A stretch of DNA of 64,000 nt from Neocallimastix sp. 'constans' (lineage: Eukaryota): NCBI GenBank assembly GCA_050613775.1, contig JBODTK010000135.1:372001-436000 (forward strand), written 5' to 3'. Shown here in pieces: positions 1-13,359 of the stretch. Within the stretch, counting starts at the first letter, position 1. Each line of letters begins with the position of its first letter. The position numbers and the translations under genes were made by a program. The notes below the pieces were generated by a model. The model was not told the origin of the DNA and did no database searches. It worked only from the letters and a program-made list of their open reading frames with translations.

Positions 1-945
1 ATAAAAAAAAAAAAGAAATACTATAATAAATATTATTTAATAATAAATAAAAAAAAATTACAAATAAAAAAAATTATAATTAATAAAAAATAATATGTAT
101 ATATAATTTATATTAATTTATAATATTAGAAATATAGCTTTCTTTTTTTAAAAAAAATAATAATAATAATAAAAAATAAAAATAAAACAAAATAAAATCT
201 ACATATACAATCAAAAAAATATTATAGAATAATATAGAAAAGATATATTATAAAAAATAATAATAATACGTAGAAAAATAATATTATGAGAATTTTTTAT
301 TTTATTTCATTCATTATGTTTTTTTTTTTTTTTTTTTTTTTTAAATATATATATATTTATTATTTTTAATCAAAAATAAAAAAAAAAAAAAAAAAAAAAA
401 AAAAGAGAGAGAGAAAGAGAAAATTGATTTATTAACTATTAATTTAACAATTAAAAATTTGAGAAATTTTTTAATGAGAAAAAATGATAATGAAAGGAAA
501 TTGAATAATAATAATTTTTATTATTAATTAATAAGTGGTGTAATTATTATATATATTATTATTTATATATTTATACATTGTTAATTAAAATAAAAATCCG
601 TAGTAATATAGTTTTTAAATATAATAAAAATATAATATAGAAAAAAAGGAATATAACAATAATAAAAATATTTAACATAGAAAAAAAAGGAAAATGGCAT
701 TTAAAAGAAATAATCATTGTATAACATAATGTGTTATAACTTTAATATATAATAAGCCATATATATTTAATTATAAAACTTATGAAATACAAATATATTT
801 ATTTATTTATTTATTTGCTGTATTATATTAAATTCATATCTTTTTTTTCCCCTTGAAAATTAAATTACAAATTTGTAAATATTGAAAAAAAAAAATTTTT
901 TTTTCTCAAATAATATATATGATTATGATTATCAGTTAAAAATTA

Positions 946-1230
946 TTATTATTTATTATTTATTATTTATTATTTATTATTTATTATTTATTATTTATTA
1001 TTTATTATTTATTATTTATTATTTATTATTTATTATTTATTATTTATTATTTATTATTTATTATTTATTATTTATTATTTATTATTTATTATTTATTATT
1101 TATTATTTATTATTTATTATTTATTATTTATTATTTATTATTTATTATTTATTATTATTATTTATTATTATTATTATTATTATTTATTATTTATTATTAT
1201 TATTGTTATTATTATTTATTATTATTATTT
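946..1230. repeat. (TTATTAT)n heptanucleotide microsatellite
   Basis: Direct tandem repetition; explains the spurious ORF 882..1232. Confidence 0.9.
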
Positions 1231-2361
1231 AAATCACATTTTTATAAACCGTAAAAGGTTTTCCTTTTTGATTAAAATATTTCTAAATTAAAATTATAAA
1301 ATTATAAATAAAACAAATAATTTATTAAAACAAATAATTTATTAAAACAAATTTTAATAATTATTAATAAAAAATATATATTATTGATCTATTAAGATTT
1401 AATTTACTTATAATAATTAATAATTCGTTTTTAAATTGATTAGTAACGGTTTTTTTTTTTTTTTTTAAAAAAAAAAAAATTAATAAATAAATAAATAAAT
1501 AAATTATTTTTATTTATTATTACTATTTTTTTTTTTTTTTCATATGGTCATCATTTTTTTTACTATTTACATTATAAATATTTTTAAATTTACATCTTGT
1601 TTCTATTTTTGTAATGATATAATATTATTGGTTCTACTTATGATTAATTATTCTGTATTTTATAATATTTTATAATATCTTTAAAACTTTTAATCCGTTA
1701 ATCTATTTTTATAATTTTTTATTTTGATTATTTATTTAGGGATATATTTTAAAGGCTATTCTGATTAATAAATCAATCAATTTTAATAATTAAAATATAT
1801 TTATTTAAGTAGATTATAGTTTATTCTATTAAATATTAATGAAACTATCAAAGATTTTTAATTTAAGGAAATTTAAAGGTACTTCAAATAATGAAAATAA
1901 TATGAAATAAATAATAATATTTAAATTTTTACTTAAAATAAAATATATATATATATATATTTTTTTTGTTCATTTGTTTGTTTAATCAATAAATATAACT
2001 AATCATAAATTAATACTAATAGTATTAATAAATAAATATTTATAAAAAAAACTAAAAAATAGATAAATAAATTCTTATATCCAATAAATAAAATAAATTA
2101 ATAATAATAATAAAAGCCAATTAATACTATTTAATTATCTCATTGTATGAAATTTTAATTTATTAAATAGGATTAATTAAATGTTATTCTTTATATAAAC
2201 TATTTCTAAATTAAATTAAATTTGTTTTACATTAAAAATTAATAAAAATGATAAAAAAGTAAACAAAATCAAAATCAAAAATCTTTTCTTTTTTTTTTAA
2301 ATTTTCCGATAATCAAATGTTTTAATGTTTAGTATAAATTTATATTGGATTTAAAAAAAAA

Positions 2362-2395
<34 letters not shown>

Positions 2396-2399
2396 AAAA

Positions 2400-2430
<31 letters not shown>

Positions 2431-2490
2431 ATTATTATTTAATAATATTAATTATAATATAAATAATTATTTTTATTCATTTATATATTG

Positions 2491-2837
2491 TTTTTTTTTT
2501 TTTTTAGAATGAATTTAACTTGCAAATATAAAATATTTTTTTTTATTGAATATCATATTTATTTCATAATAATTAAAATGTTCTAAGGTTTAAAAAAAAT
2601 TTTTTTTTGTTTCATAATTAAAATACAAAAATAAATTATATATATATACTTTTAGTTTTGGCATTTTTTTTTTTTTAGAATGAATTTAACTTGCAAATAT
2701 AAAATATTTTTTTTTATTGAATATCATATTTATTTCATAATAATTAAAATGTTCTAAGGTTTAAAAAAATTTTTTTTTTTGTTTCATAATTAAAATACAA
2801 AAATAAATTATATATATATATACTTTTAGTTTTGGCA
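2491..2837. repeat. Tandem duplication of a ~173-bp unit
   Basis: poly-T-AGAATGAATTTAACTTGC...TTTAGTTTTGGCA occurs at 2491-2663 and again at 2664-2837, differing only in homopolymer/TA run lengths. Confidence 0.9.
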
Positions 2838-5334
2838 TTTAATATATTTTTTAAAGTTTTGATGTTTTTTTTTTTATTTGTTTCGTATTTACTAAAGAAA
2901 TTAATTGATAGATTGACCGTTTTTTTTTTTTTTTACCGCTTATAAAAAGTAATATATATTATTTTATTATTTATTTATTTTTATTTTTATTTTTATTATA
3001 TTCAATCTTTATTTTATATTCATATTCTATTATTATTTTTATTTTATTCAATTTTATTTTATATTTATATTCTATTTCTTATTTTATATAATTTTATTTT
3101 ATTTTTGTTTAAAAAAAAAAGGATAAAATATTAAAGATATTTTAATAAAAATATAAAAGTAATTATTTATAATAAAAATTGAGTTTCTATTTTCTATTTA
3201 TGTCTCATAAACATTTTTATATTTATTGATTATTTTTTTTTTATATAATAATATTTTCAAATAAATTAATAATTGATATATGTAATTAAAAACTTTAATG
3301 CGTATAATATATTAAATATTCAAGATAAATCATTAAATATTAATTTTTATGGTTAATTATGATAATTGTAATTAATAAACATTATTAATTAGGAGACAGG
3401 TGATAAAAAAAAAATCTTTTTTTTTTTTTTTTATTTTTCTATTTTTAAAATTATATAATAATAATTTATTTTATTTTGTTTTTATTAACAATAATAAAAG
3501 GCTAAAGGTTAAGATGAAATTTATTTCTATTTAATATAAATTTCATTTTCTTCAAAGGTTATACTTCACTATAAAAATAACAAATATATGAAATTTAAAT
3601 TTGTGTTAAAATTTTATTATAATTTAATTATTTCTTTTCATTAATTTCATATAATTATTCTATAAAATATTAAAATAATGATATAGATTAAATGAACTAT
3701 TATCTATATATATATAATTCTTTTTGTTATTAATTTTAATAATTAAAATAATATTTATAATATTAAATATTTCTGTACAAATAATAATAACTCTAATAAT
3801 ACTTTATAATTATGATAAATAGAAAAATTATAATTAATTATTGTATTATTTAATTTTTATTCTTATTATAATTTTTAATTTTTAATTTTTAATTTTTAAT
3901 AATTAAATAATATTTAATAATAAATAATTAAAATTTTGCAAATCTTTAATTATTAAAAATATTATTTAGTATTATTAGAAATATATATAATTTATAATAT
4001 TATTAATTGGAGAAATAATTATTAATATTTAGAATATAATTTATTACTATTCTATTCTATTTTTTTCTTTTTTAATTTTAATAGTTATAAATATTAGTTT
4101 TTTATAATTAATAAATAATGTATTAATATTTATAAATATATTAATTAATAATTGTTATTAATTATGATAATATATTTTTATTCATTATATTGTTTAACCC
4201 TTTCAATATCGAAAAAAAAATTTTTTTTAATAGTTATTACTAATTCTGTATATTTTTTAAAAAATAATTATTCATTCTACATATTATTCTTTATAAAATT
4301 ATAATTAATTTATATAGAATTTTTAGAACAAATTGATATAATTAAGGAGTAGCAGTTATTTTTTTTTATTTTGAAAGTCATTAAATGACCTAATTTAATA
4401 AAAAAATAAAATTAATGAATTTTAGTCATATTTAATAATTAAATAATACTATAAAATGATATTTTTAATATTTTTATTATTATTTTTTTAACTGAATAAT
4501 TGAACATACAAAAAAAGGTTTAATTAAAATTTACACATTTATTACAGTTGCTTTATTTTTTATATTAATATGACATTATAAAATTTGTCATTTTTTTTTC
4601 TTTAATGTTCAATACTATAAAGATTTAAAAATCATCTTTTTTTAAAAAAAAAAATAAATAAATAAATAAAAGAGTCATCATTACTATATCAAATGATTTA
4701 AACTTTTTTTTTTTTTTTATTTGTTATCAACATAACAAAAACAAACATTCATTTTAATAGAAATCTAAAAAAAAAATATAATAAATTGAATTTTTTTTTC
4801 CTTTTTAATTTGTTTATATTTAGTTATAATTTTTGTATGCTGTTACAAATTGTAAAAAAAAATAATATATATATAAAATATTATTGCATTATGTTAATAT
4901 TTTATATCATAAATGAATATTTAATTAATAAAAAATAAATATAATGAAATATAAATTAAATAAACATAATGTTAATATTTAAGATTAAATAAGTTTAAAA
5001 ACAGAAAAAAAATATATATATATATTAAAATATAATATATATTATTTTTTATATAATATATTAATAGGAAAAAATATTTAAATATTACAGATATATAAGA
5101 TTAAATCATTATTCATTTATTAATAACAAACTATAAACAATAAAGAAATAGATATTAAATTTTATCTTTTTTTTTTTTATATAATTAATAACTTTATTAA
5201 TTATAAAAAAAACAATATTTTAATTTTTTTTTCTATTTAATAAACTCTGTTAATTAAATAGGTAAAATTGAATCATCACATTTTAATAAATTATAAATTC
5301 TTTTTAATAAGAAATAAATTAAATATGAATATGA

Positions 5335-5365
<31 letters not shown>

Positions 5366-6304
5366 CTTTTTTTTAAAAAAAAAAGTGGTACAGCAATTGG
5401 AACGAATAAAATAAATGGCTTAAATATTAATATTAAATAAAACTGGATTACTATTTTTATACAAAAAAAAAAAAAAAATAATTAAATTATTTAATCATAA
5501 TTATTAATAGGAGTGTAAATTAATAATTAAATGATATCACCATTATTCACATAGTATATAATAATTACTGTTATAATGATAAATATTATTTTAAAGTTCA
5601 AAAAAAAAAGTTTTTATGTTATGTATGATATGATGAAAAAAGTGATTCAGTTTACATTAATATTATTTTATTTTATATTGTTATATTTGATGACTTATTT
5701 TTGAATTTGCAATCTTGAGTAATATTAAAAAATAAAAATAAAAATTATAATTAGATGTCTATTAATTATTCTTTAAAAGTATAAATAATAATTATTAAAT
5801 TATCCTTATTTTAGATTAATAACTAAAAAAAAATTGTTATGAAAAATGAAAAATGAAAAATACTATTTATTTATATATTATTTTTATTATTTAAAATTAA
5901 TATATTTAAATCTAAATATATATATTATATTGGTATTAATATTTTATATATATATATATTTATGAATATATATATATTATGCTAATTTTACTTTTAATAT
6001 TTATAAATAATATATTAAATAAATTAATTTTCAACTGGAATGTGCTTTATATGGCTATTTATGGCAATTTCTTCGAAAATTTTCTATATGCTTAAAAAGA
6101 AATGGCCGTTTATGTTTATATTAATTAAAAAGAAAAAAACTATTTAAAACTTTTTTTTTTTTTTTATTATTATTTAATAATTTATTAATAAATTAATTAT
6201 CTAACACAGCCATTTCAGATAAACAAAGCTATTTAGGTTTAAACGTTTAAATTAATAATTGGCATAAATCATAATAATAAAAAAAAAAAATAAAAAAATA
6301 AAAA

Positions 6305-6362
<58 letters not shown>
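6305..6362. repeat. (TAA)n microsatellite
   Basis: Direct tandem repetition. Confidence 0.9.
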
Positions 6363-6989
6363 TGAATAAAATTAATAATTAATAAAATATAAAGAAATTT
6401 TGAATTTTTTATTTATTAAAAATTTTATTATTACTATTTTAATGTTATTTTCTTAAAAAATGAATGGTGCAATTCAAAATTATTAATCAATATAGGATAA
6501 AAAAAAATAATATTAAAACGGCTGCTATTTTTTTTAAGCAAATAATATCATTAAAATGGAATAGTTTTATTGTTTATATTATTAATACTTATTTTTGTTA
6601 GTGTTATTATTTTCATAGTATTTAGTAATTTATTAATTATTAGCCAGTATTAATTAGTATATATATCTTAAAATAAAATAAGAAAAAAAAAAAAGAATAA
6701 TTTAATGAGGGCTAAATTTTTGATTTAAAAAAAAAAGTTAATAAAGCAAATAAGTACAGAATTTATATATAATATAACAAAAAAAAAGATAATTATAATC
6801 AAAAACAAAAACAAAAACAAAATCATAAAAAAAAAAAAAAAAAAGAATTACATTTTTTTGGATAAAATTTTATTTGTATGCAATTATAATTGCTTTTTGT
6901 AATTTGTTATATATATATATATTTTTATTTTAATGTTACATTATAATTATTATCAATATTTTCGTGTTTTTTTTTTTTTTTCTTTTTTT

Positions 6990-7027
<38 letters not shown>

Positions 7028-7186
7028 AATTCAATTAATAAAAAATAGAAAAATAGAATCTGTATATATTTTTAAAATAATAATAATAATAATAATAATA
7101 AATATATCAATAAATAATAAATAAAAATAAAAATAAAAATAAAAGTAATATATATATTTTTTATTAATGAATAAATAAAATTTTAA

Positions 7187-7261
7187 GCCATGTTGGTCCA
7201 GTCGGTTAGGACGATACAGGTCACTGTAGAGGGCGGGGTTCGAATCCTCGGCATGGCACCA
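7187..7261 (+). pseudogene. tRNA-like head of the SINE (non-decoding; parent tRNA ambiguous, Asp/His-like)
   Basis: Acceptor GCCATGT/GCATGGC, D stem GTCC/GGAC, T arm CGGGG-TTCGAAT-CCTCG, discriminator A plus encoded CCA (7259-7261); anticodon arm is TACAG-GTCA-CTGTA with a 4-nt loop. Confidence 0.8.
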
Positions 7262-7630
7262 AATAATCGGATGAGGTTTCTATCCTGGGATATCATGAGA
7301 CCACACGTGATGTCTATAAGGCTTTCCCTCAAATGATTATTTCACCCATCCCTGATACTACGCTTTGAATTGAAGCATAGACCTTGATGATTGTAAAATT
7401 TCCAATCGCCAATGATTACACCCACTAGGGAGGAGTTAATGGTTCCGTTCTGATGCTCGTGGTCATTAGAGATATATGTAGGAACGTTAGGAATGCATCT
7501 CCGAGCAGTGTGTAACGACGATTGAGAGCGGCGAAGCTGATACAGTATGCCAATAACTCATCACCTTACAGTTAATTAATAACTGTATGGCCATATGGGA
7601 GATGGGTACCCATATGTGCAAGTCTATGTT
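7187..7630 (+). mobile_element. tRNA-derived SINE-like retroposon (444 bp) with 15-bp target site duplication
   Basis: GC-rich island bounded exactly by TAAATAAAATTTTAA at 7172-7186 and 7631-7645; begins with a tRNA cloverleaf carrying Pol III A and B boxes; body has many stems with G-U pairs on the + strand. Confidence 0.85.
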
Positions 7631-7840
7631 TAAATAAAATTTTAAAATAATAATTATAATAAATCATTACATTTTTTTTTAATTATAATAAATGTTTTTA
7701 ATTAATGGGGAAAAATATGTATATATTTGTTTTTCTTCAATAGAATTTTTACAAGTTTTTTTTTTTTTTCTAGTTTTCTTTTATTTAATTTTTATTTTTT
7801 AGATTATTTCTTTATATATATTCTGTTTTTCATTTTATTC

Positions 7841-7871
<31 letters not shown>

Positions 7872-8804
7872 ATTATGTTACGAAATTCATGTGGTTTAAA
7901 GTTAGTAAATATTTATATAGTAAAAGGGATTATTACGTCTTATGACAAGGTCATTAATATATGCATTCTTTTAAAAAAAAATATTAATATTATAAATCTT
8001 TAATATAAATAAACTTATAAATAAAAGTATGAAGAATTAATATTTAAATTAATTATAAAAAATACTATTTAATTTTTATAATATTCTATGAAATTATTAA
8101 TTATTAATTATTATTATTTAATATTATTTATTATTATTTATTATTATTTATTATTTAATATAATTATTTATAAATATCATCGTCATGAAAATAATTCATA
8201 ATTTAAACAAAAAATAAACTTTTTGTGTATCTAATTTAAAACAATTTAGTATCTAATAAAGTTTACATATTTTTCTATATTAGGAGTTTCTAATTTATAT
8301 TAAAATGTATATATTAATAATTAGCAACATAAAAAAAATGTATCAAGGAAAACTAATTAATATAAGAAATTACTAATTGTAGTTATAAAAATAAAATAAA
8401 ATAAAAATTGTTTATAAATAATGAATTGGTTTAATTAAATTGTACAAAATTAAATTGTACAAAAGTCAATTTAACAAATTAAATATAATACTTTCATCTT
8501 GGTTAATTTAATGATTATAATAAAAAAAAATTATATGTAATTTAAAAGGTAAAAATTTATTCATACTTTTACTCCCCTTTTTTTTTTTTTTTTTTTTTTT
8601 CATGCAAATTTCTTATACAGAAAATAAAATAACATTAAAATGTATATTTATATTATTTATTTTTATTTTTATAAATTATTTAATAAAAAATTTAATTATT
8701 AATTTTATTTTTTTTTTAATTATTTATATATACATTTTATCAAAATATATATATCGAATTATTTCATTATTACTTATTTCATTATTAATGATTTATTATT
8801 GCAG

Positions 8805-8843
<39 letters not shown>

Positions 8844-9859
8844 CCCTTTTTTAATAATGAATAATTTATGTTTTATTTTTTTATATTGTTATTTTTTTAA
8901 TAGAAATCAATAGAATCAATACTTGTTTTACTATATATATTAAATGATAATTTCAATTTAATAAGAAATAAATAAATAAAAAAAAAAAGGAACAAAAGAA
9001 AAAAATTGTTATAGAAAAAAATAATTTTTTTTTCAATATTACGGAATATTAAAATATATAATATTTAATGATTAAAAAATATAAAATATATAATAATTAA
9101 AAATATAAAAAAATCATGGAAAAAGAAATAGAAATAGAAATAGTTATTCATAAATATTTAATTTTAACAAAAATTTGTATGACTTTTTTTTTTTTTTTTT
9201 TAATATTTTTCAACTTCTTTTAAATAATGGCAAATTTGTATAATAATAATAATAATTATTATTTTATTTTTGTATTATATCTAAATATATATGGCTATAA
9301 AGAGACTTCTTTTATTCTATTTTAATTAATAAAAGAATACAAACTAAATTAAATAATATATATAGGCATATATAAAAATATATATTAGAATTAATTAAAA
9401 AAAAAGCCTAAAAATCATTGATTAAAAAAAAATAAATTAAAATTTACTAAATAAAGTTTAATAATAATTTTATATATTATAAAATACAATTAAAATTTAT
9501 AAATCAATGTAATCTATTATATTATACATTAATATTCCTATTTAATATTATTTTTAATTTATAGGTTTTATTCCATATTTTTTAATAGAACTTTTTTTTT
9601 AAACAAAATCAATAATAAAAACTTTAAATTATAATAAAAGTTTATTTAATTATTTTACATTAATCTTAGTTATGGAATGTTTAAAGAAAAAAAAAAAAGA
9701 TATATTTATATATTTATATATTTATATATATTTTATTACAGTTTTAAACAAGAACATAGAGAGAAAAAAGTTTAAAAATTTATAAAATTATGAATAGTTC
9801 TATTCTTATTAAATATATGTAAATAATAAATTTTAGCCTTTTTAAACTTAATAATTAAA

Positions 9860-9891
<32 letters not shown>

Positions 9892-12295
9892 GTTTTTTTG
9901 TTTTAAATTAATAATAATAATAATAATAATAATAAAAATAAACAAATAGAAAATTTAAATAAAAAAAAAAAAGGAAAACCTTTTTACTATAATCAGTTTT
10001 AATAAAAATAATATTATAAAGTTTTAAGTTGTATATTGAAGGTAATTTAAAAAAAATATATTTTATTAAAGGCTAAACAAATTAATTTGAAGTCATTATT
10101 ATATTTTATATATATATATATAAATATTATAAAAAAATAGTTCTTTTTTTTTTTTTTTTTTTTAAATTTTATAATTATATATATAAAATAACATTATATA
10201 TACTTTTAAATTTCTAATTATTATATATACTTTTAAATTTCTAATTAAGTTAAATATAAAGAATTATTATTAAATTATAACAAAAAATAAAACTTTTTAA
10301 AATTTTTATAATTTTCTATTTTCCATTTAGGCGAATAATAATAATTATGTTCAGAAATCCTTTTTCTAGTTTTAATTATTGTTAAATGAAATACATTTAT
10401 ATAATTGGAGAAATCATTTCATTAATTAATATAATTAATAATTTAATTTATTTTATATTACATTAATATTAATACTTTTATACACATTTTAATTATTTTA
10501 ATTATTTATATTTATAATTATTTATTATTATATATTATGTATTATATATTTTTTATTTAAAAATTTGTTCAATTCTTATTCATCACCTTTATGATCATAA
10601 CTTCAGTTGGGTGGAGAGAAATAATAATAATAAAAAAAAAAATTACAAAACAATTAAAATAGATATGAAAAATAAAAATTGAAAATTCGAAAATTTTCTT
10701 TTTTTAATAATTAAAGAAAAAAAAAAAATATGAATATTGTATTAGATGAAACAAGGTTTCTTTTTTTTTTTTTTTTTTTTTTGTTAAAACTCAATATTAA
10801 AATTAATGAAATAAGCATATAGAATCATATTATTATAAAATAGAAATATTTTAGAAAACTATTATTAATTTGATGAGTATTTGATTAAAAAGTATAATAT
10901 ATATTCATGCAATGAAAAAAAAATCTTATTTGATAATTTTACCTTAATTCCTAATACAACTGTGTAAATGATTAAAAAAAAAAAATTATAATAATAAAAA
11001 TTTAAAGATAATCGATAATCAAGTTAATTTAAAATTTTTAAAATTTTTACTATTAATTTCATATTAATTTCAATTATTGAAAAATAAAAATAAAATAAAA
11101 TAAAAATTTTAAGCTTTAAAAAATTTTTAAAAAAAAAAACTTTTATTTATTTTTTATACTAAATGATATAAATGTACTAAAAAAAAATATTATTGTCCTT
11201 TATTAAAGTAGTGAGATACTTTTTTTTTTTTTATTTTTTATAAAAAAAATAGTAATAATAAAAAAAAAAAGTACTTTATTAATAAAGTATTTAAAAAATT
11301 TTATTATTAAATAATTATTAAATATTCATTTTAATTAAAATTAGTATTAATACTCATTTTTTTATTAATAATAGTTTTTTAAAAATATATATTTATATAT
11401 ATATCATATATTTATATACTTTAATAAATTTTATATGAAAATTTTTATATAAAATTAATTAAAAAAATACTAATCTTTTATTTTTATTATATTAATAATT
11501 GTATTTATTAATTTTAGAATTAATATAAAAGATATTATTTTCATTTTATTATTTATAAATATTTATTTTTTATCTACTATTTACAATATAATTTTTATTT
11601 TTTCTTTTTTATTATATATTATTATTTTTTTTTTAATTTTAATTTTATTTTAATTTTTATATATTATTTTAATATTAAAAATAAAATAGTTTATATATTA
11701 CAATATATTAGAATATATTATATGATTCCTAATAAATTTTAATATACTTTTATTTAAAAAGTCACTATTAAAAAATACTATATATATAAAATTAAATAAT
11801 AAAAATAATTAAAACCAATTAATAACATTGAGAAAAAAAATAAAAATAAAAAAAAAAGTTGAATTCATTAATTAGAAATAATAAATTTAATTTAAATAGT
11901 ATTTATTTATTCAAGTACCCTTAAAATTATTATAAATGCAATTGAAGGATGATGGGATACCATCTCTCTATTTTCCTTACTATTAAATATTTTGTTATTT
12001 ATTATTTTATTTTATTTTATTTTTTTTACTTTTTAAAAAATATGTTAGCTAGTATTCATAACGTTTACAGCACTTTTTTAATGACCCGTTCTTCTCAGTT
12101 CCTCAGGCTTGACTTCCACAAAGAATAAAAGATATAGCTACCAATATGTATCCTTTGCTCTTGGAAAACTTCATTGATCTATTGGGCTACTCTAGTTTTT
12201 TTGATTTTTTAATCCTTCTAATTATTCTTTAATTTAATTTATATAAAATGAATTTTTTCTTTCTCATCTTAATTTTTTATTCGTTCTGATTTAAT

Positions 12296-12876
12296 TTTTT
12301 TTTTAACTTTATAAATATCTTCGATACATGTTTCATCATCAAAATTTTTGCCCTTTTGGAATTCTGCCGGTTTCCTTATAAAAAAAAACCCCGAGGCTTT
12401 CGTATAAATGGTAGGCCTTCTTATTTTCACTGAAAATTATTAAGTTCGGGCCTGCTCAAATCCTTTCCTAAGTCTTTTTTTGACTACAATCCCAAGCATG
12501 TACTATAAGTTCATCATTACTTTCGAGGCCAAAGCTCAATGTATTTCTGGCATAGTGTTATTCCAACCCGATGCTTCATGCCTCTCTCTCTCTTCAAACA
12601 TTTCCCACATTCGTTAAAATAAACAGTTTCCTTTCATGCTCTCCACCACAAAAGTCAGAATGATATGGTCATTTTTGGAATCATTTGTGTTCCTTTTATA
12701 AACTCAATTTCGCTTTCCATAGTAATATTTTTTTTTGTCTTTTTTCATTGGATTCACACATTAAGAAATCTTGTTTTATCCTATGACAATTTTTTTAAGT
12801 GGTTGATAAGTAATATTAGTTTCTTCGAATTTTTTGGGCTTCTGAATATTATTTTTTTTCTGCCAGCTTTAGTCAT
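12296..12876 (-). pseudogene. Frameshifted intronless GNAT-family N-acetyltransferase of bacterial type
   Basis: Stitching frames gives MTKAGRKKIIFRSPK..LINHLKK..TRFL/MCESNE..TMESEIEFIKG..ILTFV..GNC..MKHRVGITLCQKY..FGL..GFEQA/EL..SENKKAYHLYESLG..KETGRIPKG..FDDETCIEDIYKVK; the N-x-x-A-x-x-LY-x-x-LG(F) GNAT C-terminal motif is clear; multiple indels and stops. Confidence 0.65.
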
Positions 12877-13177
12877 ATTATATAATATATATAAAAAAAA
12901 TTATTTAATTTGAAAATTTTAATAAAATTATATTAAAATTTATTAATATTCCCGATATATATTTCAATATATTAAAAACTTTTTAACTTTTAATTTTTAA
13001 AAATAATATATTATATATTAAATTAAAATAAAATATATATTAATATAAAAAAAAATGAAAAAAAAAATAAATATATAATTATTTATTTATATATAATTAT
13101 GATAAAAAAAAAGTTTTTTTTTTTTTCTTTAAAGTAGAATAAAGTGTTAACTATTAAAAATAATATTTTTATATTAA

Positions 13178-13359
13178 TTATAAAAATTTATAAAATAAAT
13201 AATTATTAATATTTATTTTATAAATTTTTATAATATATATATATATAAAACTAAAAAATTTAAGAAATTTATTTTGTAATAATTTTTCTTTTAATAGTTT
13301 TAATTAAATTATTACAAAATAAATTTCTTAAATTTTTTAGTTTTATATATATATATATT
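13178..13359. repeat. Two adjacent inverted repeats (23-bp and 54-bp arms)
   Basis: 13178-13200/13211-13233 and 13232-13285/13306-13359 are reverse complements. Confidence 0.85.

Noticed and set aside
882..1232. 116-aa ORF and similar I/Y/L/F-rich ORFs (7727, 8602, 29211, 29237, 32477, 33487, 35090, 41587, 43927, 45367, 48265)
   Set aside because: Translations of microsatellites or AT-rich noncoding DNA with no domain signal
7187..7261. Functional tRNA-Asp(GTC) gene
   Set aside because: Anticodon loop is malformed, no oligo-T terminator follows, and it is part of a TSD-flanked element
7262..7630. Hammerhead, HDV-like or group I ribozyme in the SINE body (CTGATG, GGCGAA seen)
   Set aside because: Required partner motifs and helices (CUGANGA/GAAA, HDV P2, P7) could not be assembled
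12665..12913. 82-aa + strand ORF
   Set aside because: Antisense shadow of the GNAT pseudogene
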